From Opitutales bacterium (GTDB lineage: Bacteria; Verrucomicrobiota; Verrucomicrobiia; Opitutales; PNEW01): 64,000 nt of DNA. The notes beneath the pieces are model-generated. The model did not search any database. It was not told where the DNA came from and worked only from the letters and a program-made list of their open reading frames with translations. Both the position numbers and the translations under genes were made by a program. The stretch lies in NCBI GenBank assembly GCA_965197745.1, contig CBDANS010000007.1:832001-896000 (forward strand), given 5' to 3'. This document shows positions 9,872 through 18,052 of the stretch, one piece after another (positions within the stretch are counted from its first letter, which is position 1; every line of letters starts with the position of its first letter).

Positions 9872-10489
9872 TTACTTCACCAGAACAGTGTAAGAAAGCA
9901 CACCGTCTGAAGGGGAATCAAACTTAACATCCGTGTAACTGTCTTTTCGCAAGATTAATTTTTGAGTTCCACTGGGTTGGAGATCAAGGCTGCCCTCTAT
10001 TCGAAAGGAGCATGATACCTGGATGCGTAATGGTCCATTAGTTTCATTTTTTATACGCGCCCAAACACGAATATGATTATCATTCAGGGGATGGGCTTCA
10101 ACACGGGGAAGTGTGACAGAAGCATTATAGGCCTTTGACATGACCTTCATGTCCGGGATCAGGACGATACCATTCCAATCGGGTTCAGGCAGAGAGACTT
10201 CAATCTCGGGTTTAGGTGTGCTTGCTCGATTCGAAGCGTTCGCATCAACTGGCACTGCAGGAAAAAGAGTAGGGGGTGCAGCTTCTTCTGTCAGATAAAC
10301 AATGGAGTTTTCAAAGTAGGTCTGGGTCTCTACAGCGTGAGGGAGAACTTTTGGATTATCGGTTGATTCAACCAGGGTTAAAGCCGCTTTAGGCAGCTCA
10401 TCTTTCCCCGCAGCGAAGAATTTGAGGTAAATAAAAAAACCGCCAACTCCGAGAACCATGATCAAAATAATAATGAATAGCTTTTTCAT
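9872..10489 (-). CDS. Membrane-anchored protein with YcfL/DUF1425-like C-terminal beta domain
   Basis: N-terminal TM helix, Pro-rich linker, then IRVWARIKN...IQVSCSF...YTVLVK. Confidence 0.6.
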   Translation of the reverse strand: MKKLFIIILIMVLGVGGFFIYLKFFAAGKDELPKAALTLVESTDNPKVLPHAVETQTYFENSIVYLTEEAAPPTLFPAVPVDANASNRASTPKPEIEVSLPEPDWNGIVLIPDMKVMSKAYNASVTLPRVEAHPLNDNHIRVWARIKNETNGPLRIQVSCSFRIEGSLDLQPSGTQKLILRKDSYTDVKFDSPSDGVLSYTVLVK

Positions 10490-10739
10490 ATCTTTAATTG
10501 TTAGAACAGTTTCATCACATAATATAATTTATAAAAATTTAGTCAACGCATCTCATTGTGACTTCATAAATAACTTGTAGTATGTTGAAAAACAACATTT
10601 TATAAATATCAGAAAAAGGTGATGATGACCTTGCTTAAAGTAGGTTATATTAATAGTGCAGGGTGGACGCAGTGGTCGTGACCACGAAAACTGGTCCACT
10701 TGAAAAGTTAGTCTGGTCCAACTAGAAAGGACACAGACA

Positions 10740-11006
10740 ATGAAAGGCAAAAGATACACGACCGAAGAGAAAATACGGATGCTGCGCCAGGCGGACAAAG
10801 GGAAAACGATCCTGGAAGCATGCCGCGAGAACAACATAAGCGAACAGACCTTCCACCGCTGGAAACGTGAGTTTGGGATGATTGATGTCAACCAGGCCAA
10901 GCGGATGAAGGAGCTCGAGAAGGAGAACGCGCGGTTAAAACGGATGCTGGCGGACAAGATGCTGGGGATAGAGATCCTGCAGGAGACCCTCGAAAAAAAA
11001 CTGTAA
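10740..11006 (+). CDS. IS3 OrfA (HTH_Tnp_1)
   Basis: MKGKRYTTEEKI...SEQTFHRWK...LEKENARLKRMLAD. Confidence 0.93.
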   Translation: MKGKRYTTEEKIRMLRQADKGKTILEACRENNISEQTFHRWKREFGMIDVNQAKRMKELEKENARLKRMLADKMLGIEILQETLEKKL

Positions 11007-11026
11007 GCCCTGGGCACAAGCGGCAA

Positions 11027-11981
11027 GTGGCAGAGAGACTTGTGACTCGGGGCCAGTGTTCGATGCGAGCGGGGTGCCGGTACTTTCGGCTGCACCGTTC
11101 CACCTATGCGTATAGGGCCAAGCATCCGGATGCCTGGCTAACGAAACTAAAAGCGGCAGTAAGGCGGTTATCACGGCAATACGCGAGGTGGGGCTATCCC
11201 AAGATCACGAAGCTGTTGAAGGACGAAGGCTGGCAGGTGGGTAAACGTCTCGTGCAAGGTCTGCGACGTGAACTGGGTCTGGCGATCCCCCCACGCAAGC
11301 CAAGACGCCGGCGCAGGGGTGTCTGCACCGGGCTACCGACAAAGGCCGAACATCCCGACCATGTTTGGACCTGGGATTTTATCCACGATAAGACGGTTCG
11401 CGGCGGCAGTCTAAAAATGCTGACCGTGCTCGATGAGTACACCCGCGAGTGCCGGGTGATCCATGTTGATCGCCATATCAATGCGGAAACGGTGCGCGGT
11501 ATCATGCAAAAACTGCTCGACCGGCATGGGCCGCCAAAATATATTCGTAGCGACAACGGTTCCGTTCCGAGGAGCGAAGCGACGACATGCAAAGCCATTC
11601 ATTGAAAGCCAATTGAGAGCCTGGCTAACTGCGATGAAAATCAAAACCCTCTATATCGAACCAGCAAGCCCTTGGCAGAACGGATACATTGAATCGTTCC
11701 ATGCCCGTTTTCGCGAGGAGTGTTTAAACCGTGAACAGTTATGGACTTTGACCGAAGCCCGCGTGGTCATCGAAGATTGGCGCTGGCTTTACAATCATGT
11801 CCGACCCCACCGCAGCCTCGGCAACATCACTCCACGGCACTTCACTGAAAACCTCAATACCGAAGGCTCGGGCTCCATTCGGGCTACGCCCTCATTGCGC
11901 CCAAGCCTTGACTTCCTCTACCAACTTAACTTCAACATTAACCTCTCCAGACTAACTCTCCCGGTGGACCAGTTTGTGTAA
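11027..11981 (+). pseudogene. IS3 OrfB, frameshifted only by the 32-nt insertion at 11565-11596
   Basis: WTWDF...LDEYTREC...RSDNGS in one frame; FIESQLRAW...SPWQNGYIESF...RPHRSLG in the +1 frame. Confidence 0.88.
11565..11596 (+). repeat. 32-nt GA-rich hairpin insertion in IS3 orfB
   Basis: TTCCGAGGAGCGAAGCGACGACATGCAAAGCC, at the same site as 4896-4927. Confidence 0.9.
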
Positions 11982-12085
11982 CCCGACCAGCAGAGACAGT
12001 GACGTCGAGCCAAGGGGGCTGGATCTTGACAATAACTATCGGCCTCTATTTTGTGCCGCTGTGCGAAAGTTTGATTATTAACGCC

Positions 12086-13414
12086 ATGAATAGTGAAGAA
12101 TTGAAACAGGTTGTGTGCGCGGCCATAGACCAGCGCAGCGAGCGTATCGTCGAGACGGGTGAAGCGATTATGGACGAACCCGAGTTGGGGTTTAAGGAGA
12201 GGGCTACCGCTGATAAAGTAAAAGCCACATTCGATGAATTGAATCTGGAATATGAAGACAGGCTCGCGTTGACTGGTGTGAAAGCCAGGTTGAAGGGTGG
12301 GCGACCGGGACCGACGCTGGCGCTTATGGGTGAGCTGGATGCCTTGCTCGTGCCCGATCATCCACGAGCTAACAAAGAGACTGGGGCGGCGCACGCCTGT
12401 GGGCACAATGCCCAAATTGCGGGATTGCTCGGAGCGGCCCGGGGATTAGTTGATTCCGGTGCGGCCAAAGAGCTGGCGGGGGACATAGTTTTTTTTGCGG
12501 TACCGGCTGAAGAATATGTGGAGATCGAATACCGTTTGGGTTTGGTAAGAGAGGGACGCACCACTTTTCTCTCGGGAAAGCCAGAGTTGGTTCAACTCGG
12601 TCATTTTGATGATGTGGATATGGCGATTATGATTCACAGCATCAGCGCGGGGCCCGCCGATGGGGCCATGGGAGTTACAAGCTCGTTTAATGGATTCATC
12701 GCAAAATGTATTCGATTCACGGGACAAGCAGCCCATGCCGGGTGTGAACCCGAGAGTGGTATCAATGCTTTGAATGCCGCTCAACTGGCAATTAGTGCGA
12801 TAAACGCTCAGCGTGAAACCTTTCGCGACCAGGATTGCGTGCGTGTGCATCCGATAATCACTAAAGGTGGCGATCTGGTGAATATCGTACCTGCTGAAGT
12901 GCGTATGGAGACCTATGTTCGCGCTCGAACCCATGAAGCAATTCTCGATGCCACGCTCAAAGTTGATCGCGCCCTCAAAGGTGCTGCTTTAGCCATCGGC
13001 TGCCAGGTGGAGATCGAGACGGTGCCCGGCTATCTGCCATTGCGAAATGATCCGGATCTGGCCCGTCTCTTCCGGGAAAACGCGAGCCGCTTTTTTGGCA
13101 AGAATAAATACAGGGACTACCCGCACAACGGGGGTTCGACAGATGCAGGTGATCTGAGTCATATTATGCCGGTACTGCATCCCATGATGTCAGGAGCAGC
13201 GGGAACGGTACACAGCCCAGATTGGCATATCGCCGATCCCGTTGCCGGTTATCTGACTCCAGCCAAAACACTCGCGGTGATGGCTGTCGATCTATTGCAT
13301 GGTGATGAAAACAGAGCGAAGGGCATTGTCGACCGACATAAGCCGGCTTTGACAAAGAATGAGTATTTAAAACAGCAGCGAGCGTTGTTCAGCACCGATG
13401 TTTTCTCCGGATAG
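12086..13414 (+). CDS. M20 family amidohydrolase (ACY1L2/AbgB-like)
   Basis: PELGFKE, GELDAL, HACGHN, PAEE and GSTDAGD motifs; likely start ATG 12086. Confidence 0.92.
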   Translation: MNSEELKQVVCAAIDQRSERIVETGEAIMDEPELGFKERATADKVKATFDELNLEYEDRLALTGVKARLKGGRPGPTLALMGELDALLVPDHPRANKETGAAHACGHNAQIAGLLGAARGLVDSGAAKELAGDIVFFAVPAEEYVEIEYRLGLVREGRTTFLSGKPELVQLGHFDDVDMAIMIHSISAGPADGAMGVTSSFNGFIAKCIRFTGQAAHAGCEPESGINALNAAQLAISAINAQRETFRDQDCVRVHPIITKGGDLVNIVPAEVRMETYVRARTHEAILDATLKVDRALKGAALAIGCQVEIETVPGYLPLRNDPDLARLFRENASRFFGKNKYRDYPHNGGSTDAGDLSHIMPVLHPMMSGAAGTVHSPDWHIADPVAGYLTPAKTLAVMAVDLLHGDENRAKGIVDRHKPALTKNEYLKQQRALFSTDVFSG

Positions 13415-13431
13415 AAAGTTGAGAGAAACCT

Positions 13432-14145
13432 TTACCATTGGTAATTATCGGTATTCCCATCGCGACCCATAAACTGACTGGTATTGTCGATTGTTAACCG
13501 GTGGGCCGTGTTTGCAATACAAAGCGCGGATTCTTCAGTTGAGATCTCAGCGTCAGCACCACCCATGTCGGTTCTTACCCAACCCGGGCTAAGGGCGATA
13601 ACAGTTATTCCCTCTGGTTTAAGTTCAGCAGCTAAGGCGCGAGTAAACATATTTAAGGCTGCTTTTGAAGTACTATAACTGTAAATTTTAAAGTTAGATT
13701 TTGCGGATATTGAACCCGCGCCGGAAGATACGTTGATAATACGCGGTTGATCACTTTTTCTAATGAGCGGGAGAAAAACCCGAGTGACGCGAGCGGTACC
13801 AACAAGGTTAACTTCGAAGGCATCCTGAAAATGGTTGAGATCCATTTCCTCGAATTTTTCATCTTTGGAATCGGGATTCACCCCGGCGTTATTGATAAGG
13901 ATATCAAGACTGGAGAATGATTGAGGGATATTATCATAAGCATGGTTGACGGACTCTTCATCTGTAATTTCCAGGGGCAGGAGAGTAAGAACCGGTTCCT
14001 TTATGGTTTGGCTCAGGGCTTTTAATTCATCTGCTTTCTCAAGCTGACGTGACGTTGCGATTACGTTGTCACCCCTTTTGAGAAATTCACTGACCAAGGC
14101 CAGCCCAATGCCGCGATTCGCCCCCGTAATAAGTACATTCGCCAT
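13432..14145 (-). CDS. SDR family oxidoreductase (CsgA-like)
   Basis: TGANRGIG, NNAG, YSTSK and PGWVRTDMGG motifs. Confidence 0.93.
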   Translation of the reverse strand: MANVLITGANRGIGLALVSEFLKRGDNVIATSRQLEKADELKALSQTIKEPVLTLLPLEITDEESVNHAYDNIPQSFSSLDILINNAGVNPDSKDEKFEEMDLNHFQDAFEVNLVGTARVTRVFLPLIRKSDQPRIINVSSGAGSISAKSNFKIYSYSTSKAALNMFTRALAAELKPEGITVIALSPGWVRTDMGGADAEISTEESALCIANTAHRLTIDNTSQFMGRDGNTDNYQW

Positions 14146-14174
14146 GGTTATTAAATCAAAAAATTGCTGACGCA

Positions 14175-14202
14175 GTGTTAAGTTTTATGTGTTAAGTGTT
14201 AG
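14175..14202 (+). repeat. Degenerate heptamer tandem repeat (GTGTTAA-type) x4
   Basis: GTGTTAA GTTTTAT GTGTTAA GTGTTAG; same unit at 59514-59534. Confidence 0.7.
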
Positions 14203-14308
14203 GTTTGAGTAATATCACTGAAACAATTATGATCAATAAAAGTCTACATATTCTGATCTAATCGTCTTATTTAAAACCTAAACCTGAATAGTCGAATGAC
14301 TTTCACAA

Positions 14309-15154
14309 CTATTCCACAATATCTTTATAATAATAATCCCAGGGGTGATAGTAAGGTGTTTTTAAAAGACGCGTTTTAATTTCATCATCCTCCGTTCTGG
14401 CCCTTAATTCCTTAGAAGCTTCGCAACCCGGCCAACTCAACATATAAGACGGGCCGTATTGGTAAGAGAGCCAGCACTGGCGTTTTTGTATAACTAATTT
14501 CATCGTGTGCGATAAGTTCTCACTGAAGATCACAGCGTCTCCAGCTTGTAGAGAGACATCTTTTAAAACAGTAATTTCTTCGAGGGGAGTGTCACTATAC
14601 GGATGAGGAAAATTACTTTTATGACTGACTGGAATCACGCAGAATGATCCATCACCTTGAGACTGATTATCAAGCGCGATAAGACAGGTTGTCATCAGAC
14701 AGCGAAATTCACCTTCAACAAAGCAGCGATACCTGGTATAGCGCCTTGGATCCGCTTTTCCTCCCTGGGTCAATTTCCCTACGCTGCCGGGCTCTCTGAG
14801 AATCCCCCGCGAGGCAACAAGCCTTACCTGGTTACCCCAGATAATTTCTTCCATTGCATTGAGCAGTCGAGGTAAAGTAATTGCATCTTCAATAATACCT
14901 CCACTTTCGACAATGTTCAAAAGCTCCGTTTCTGAATTGCTATTGTCGCTGGTTACCTTGGGGGGTGGGTTCTCCATTGCGTCTTCCAGAAGCTTATGCG
15001 CTTCTTTTACATGGTCGGCACTTAAAAATTTTTCAATTACGAGGTAACCTCTTGTATCAAAAAAATGCCTCTCTGCATCAGAGAGATGGCGCTGGCCAGT
15101 CCCCGTCTGTAATTGATTTTTTCTTTCTTTTTTATGCTTAACTTTAAGTTCCAT
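14309..15154 (-). CDS. Phytanoyl-CoA dioxygenase (PhyH) family protein lacking the first Fe-binding His
   Basis: FDTRGYLV, GSFCVIPVSHK and AGDAVIFSENLSH motifs; LTQGG where the paralogue has LHHG. Confidence 0.85.
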   Translation of the reverse strand: MELKVKHKKERKNQLQTGTGQRHLSDAERHFFDTRGYLVIEKFLSADHVKEAHKLLEDAMENPPPKVTSDNSNSETELLNIVESGGIIEDAITLPRLLNAMEEIIWGNQVRLVASRGILREPGSVGKLTQGGKADPRRYTRYRCFVEGEFRCLMTTCLIALDNQSQGDGSFCVIPVSHKSNFPHPYSDTPLEEITVLKDVSLQAGDAVIFSENLSHTMKLVIQKRQCWLSYQYGPSYMLSWPGCEASKELRARTEDDEIKTRLLKTPYYHPWDYYYKDIVE

Positions 15155-15189
15155 ACTATATAATCAGGTTAAGTTGTGCCTGTCTTTAG

Positions 15190-16005
15190 TTATGTCCCGG
15201 CAATGGCAAATGGCGAGGGTCCATTGATCAACTCCAATTGTCTGGAGGTAGCTCTACTTTCGAAGCCATCCGCGGTATCGATAAGTTGCCCCCAAGGGGA
15301 TTGAAATGCCGGGGCATAAGAGATAAATAATGTCCGACGCGTTTTATCAGTTTTGTTTACCATTGCACCGTGTGTAAGGTCTTCAGAGAAAATCACCGCA
15401 TCTCCGGCTTTGCAGGGACATGCTTCAATTAAGGGGTGATTTTCATCGGGAGTCGATCCGGCAAAAGGATTGTCAAAATTACTTTTGTGACTTCCTGGTA
15501 TAACGGCGAAAGAACCATCCTCAATAGAAACGTCTCTTAGAGCGTAGGCGATTTTCACACTGACACATTTAAACTGTCCATCATCAATAGCATATTCACT
15601 GTAAGATAAAAGCTCAGCGTAGCCATGGTGTAAATTGGAACAACGCCCGCGATTGCGTGCCATAAACATAAATCCATCGAGACGCAGGGGTTCACTAATC
15701 ATCGCATCAATGTAGGGGAGCGTCCGGGGGCAGTCGATTATCTCCTCAAAAGGCCCTCCTAATCTTAATATATTACAGTCGTAGTCACGTCGTCGATTCG
15801 GATCGAATTCTTCCTCCCATCCGCTTTTGGGGTCATCGTGAAACTTTCGCAATATACCGAGTGCGTCTGTATTCTCGTCATTGAGAGATTCCAGTTTGTC
15901 AATTTCATCATTTAATCGTTGCACCAAGTCTGTCGGTATTGCCTCGGGTATGAAAAGAAAACCCTGAAGGTCAAATAAGTATCTTTCTTCTGGTGTCATA
16001 ATCAA
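15190..16005 (-). CDS. Phytanoyl-CoA dioxygenase (PhyH) family protein, HxG motif
   Basis: FDLQGF, LHHG, GSFAVIPGSHK, AGDAVIFSEDLTHG and RRTLF motifs. Confidence 0.9.
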   Translation of the reverse strand: MIMTPEERYLFDLQGFLFIPEAIPTDLVQRLNDEIDKLESLNDENTDALGILRKFHDDPKSGWEEEFDPNRRRDYDCNILRLGGPFEEIIDCPRTLPYIDAMISEPLRLDGFMFMARNRGRCSNLHHGYAELLSYSEYAIDDGQFKCVSVKIAYALRDVSIEDGSFAVIPGSHKSNFDNPFAGSTPDENHPLIEACPCKAGDAVIFSEDLTHGAMVNKTDKTRRTLFISYAPAFQSPWGQLIDTADGFESRATSRQLELINGPSPFAIAGT

Positions 16006-16154
16006 TCACTCCTTAATAGATCTACGTACGCTTTGTTCTACCGTTACATTACATTACAATTATTATAGCCAATAAGGTGAAAGTAAAGATTATCTGCTTT
16101 ATTCAGACGGTTTTACTCAATCGTAGAATAAATAGAACTACTGCTTAATCTGCT

Positions 16155-17525
16155 GTGACCCAAGAGACTCCACACAGTGAAAGATACGGGGAACCATCTC
16201 CCCATACGCTTCCTTCTTCTACAGGTGATTGGTCGCGACGGGTCTGGGTACTTGCCGGGCCGATAATACTCTCTAACCTGACGGTGCCTTTAGTGGGAGC
16301 TGTTGATACCGGTGTTGTTGGGCATTTACCCGATCCAATATATATCGGGGCAGTAGCCCTTGGGGCGGTTATTTTTAATTTCCTATACTGGGGATTTGGA
16401 TTTTTACGTATGGGGACCACTGGATTTGTCGCCCAGGCATTTGGATCCGGCGATGCATCTGAAATACGGGGCGCTCTGGCCAGAGCCCTGATCCTGGCGG
16501 GTGTGCTAGGAATACTCGTGATAATATTGCAAAAACCCATAGTGCGACTAGCCATTTATATTCTGGAGGGGAGTGAAGATCTTGAAAAGCTGGCGGTAAG
16601 CTATTACTCATTCCGCATCTGGGGAGCGCCCGCAGCGCTCGCCAACTTTGCTATTCTCGGATTTCTTATTGGCATTCACAAGACGAGCGCGGCACTCGCT
16701 CTCCAACTGACACTGAATATTTGCAATGTTCTCCTGGATCTTCTATTCGTTTTGGGCTTGGGCTGGGGAGTAAAAGGGGTAGGACTTGCCTCTTTTATCA
16801 GTGAGTACTTAGCCGTCCTCGTGGGTATCGGGCTGATAAAAAACAATATCAAGATCATTGGTGGTGAATGGCGATTGCGCTCTATTCTCGCCCCGGCTCA
16901 GTTAAAGAAGCAGCTCCATGTAAATGCTAATATCTTTTTAAGAACCTTGAGTGTTATATTCGCTTTTTTTTATTTCACCGCGATGAGTGTTAAACTGGGA
17001 GAAATTACCCTTGCGGCCAATGCGGTACTCATGCACTTACAGCACTTTCTTGCTTTTGGTCTGGATGGATTTGCCTTTGCCGTTGAAGCCCTGGCTGGCA
17101 GCGCTTATGGTATGCGCAGTAAGCGTCAATTCCGCGCGGCTGTTAAGGCCACTACTTTTTGGGCGCTCATTGTCGCGTTAGTGTATACCATTGTCTATGC
17201 TTCATTAGGGATGATCATTATCAGTGCCATTACAGGAATTGAAGAAGTTAAAATAAGAGCAGCTGTATTTATGCCGTGGTTAATAGCTTCACCTATTATC
17301 TCGGTTTGGAGTTATCAGTTGGATGGTGTTTTTATTGCAACTACGCGATCGGTCGAAATGCGTAACGCGATGATCTTATCAGTCATCGTATTTCTCGTTT
17401 CGGTATGGGTTTTTTTACCCCGTTGGGAAAACCATGGGTTGTGGTTTTCGTTCATTATTTTAATGATAGCACGCGCTGTATTTTTAGCTATCTTCTATCC
17501 CCGTATCGAAAGGTCATTAGGTTAA
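16155..17525 (+). CDS. dinF: MATE family efflux transporter (DinF-like)
   Basis: PIILSNLTVPLVGAVDT, FGFLRMGTTG, LDGFAFAVEAL and LDGVF motifs; about 12 TM segments. Confidence 0.9.
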   Translation: MTQETPHSERYGEPSPHTLPSSTGDWSRRVWVLAGPIILSNLTVPLVGAVDTGVVGHLPDPIYIGAVALGAVIFNFLYWGFGFLRMGTTGFVAQAFGSGDASEIRGALARALILAGVLGILVIILQKPIVRLAIYILEGSEDLEKLAVSYYSFRIWGAPAALANFAILGFLIGIHKTSAALALQLTLNICNVLLDLLFVLGLGWGVKGVGLASFISEYLAVLVGIGLIKNNIKIIGGEWRLRSILAPAQLKKQLHVNANIFLRTLSVIFAFFYFTAMSVKLGEITLAANAVLMHLQHFLAFGLDGFAFAVEALAGSAYGMRSKRQFRAAVKATTFWALIVALVYTIVYASLGMIIISAITGIEEVKIRAAVFMPWLIASPIISVWSYQLDGVFIATTRSVEMRNAMILSVIVFLVSVWVFLPRWENHGLWFSFIILMIARAVFLAIFYPRIERSLG

Positions 17526-17632
17526 GGTTTTATATCAAGGATGAAGACGAAGAGGCAGACGAAGATGAAGAATATTGCAAATCACCATACCTATTTCCAG
17601 CGTCCTTTAGGTTTAAATAATTGACAATAAGT

Positions 17633-17830
17633 AGCCCCTGAGGGGCGACATAAACTTAGCCCATTGCGTGAGCAATGGGTATTAGAATTACCCAACACCT
17701 AGAGCCCCGGAGGGGCGACACAACCTATCTTCCGACAGTAATTGAGTCGCCCCTCCGGGGCTACTTTTTATAATTATATTATTTTCCACAGCTTGCGCTG
17801 TGGTTTATGATTGTGTCACCCTTCAAGGGT
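17633..17830. repeat. Approximately 200-bp palindromic MITE-like element (A-B-A/A'-B'-A')
   Basis: AGCCCC(T/G)GAGGGGCGACA at 17633 and 17703, inverted at 17746 and (degenerate) 17814; hairpins CCCATTGCGTGAGCAATGGG and CCACAGCTTGCGCTGTGG. Confidence 0.8.
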
Positions 17831-17909
17831 GATGCCCTTCGAGCTCGACTGAATGAGTATGCTGTTTAATTTATTAATCATACTACCGAGATAATACTTA
17901 ACACTTATG

Positions 17910-17980
17910 GCGGCCACGACGACGCGTGGCCCTCCCTTTCATCAATCCCCTTCTGGAGGGCCACGCTCCGTCGTGGCCGC
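17910..17980. repeat. Inverted REP doublet (REPIN-like), GGAG-type
   Basis: GCGGCCACGACGACGCGTGGCCCTCC ... GGAGGGCCACGCTCCGTCGTGGCCGC. Confidence 0.85.
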
Positions 17981-18052
17981 TGGGAAGACCGAATAAAATT
18001 TTTTAGCTATTTAAAGGAGACAAACGCAGATGAAGAAAGTGAGTAATCTCAT

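Larger units (their letters stand above)
10673..11989 (+). mobile_element. IS3-family insertion sequence (IS407-like), 1317 bp
   Basis: IRs TGGTCGTGACCACGAAAACTGGTCCAC / TGGTCGGGTTACACAAACTGGTCCAC; perfect 4-bp target duplication GCAG (10669-10672, 11990-11993); orfA/orfB with an A8 slippery tract at 10993-11000. Confidence 0.96.

Noticed and set aside
10553..11644. Minus-strand ORFs over the IS (190, 134, 79, 77, 71 aa)
   Set aside because: Antisense shadows of the transposase genes with no recognisable motifs.
17540..18015. CRISPR array or integron attC cluster
   Set aside because: Repeats are inverted and irregularly spaced, with no constant repeat-spacer period and no RYYYAAC/GTTRRRY cassette ends. 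There is no cas or intI gene.
17612..18015. Terminal inverted repeats (TTTAAATA) bounding the repeat hotspot as one element
   Set aside because: Only an 8-bp AT-only match and no target duplication; too weak to call.
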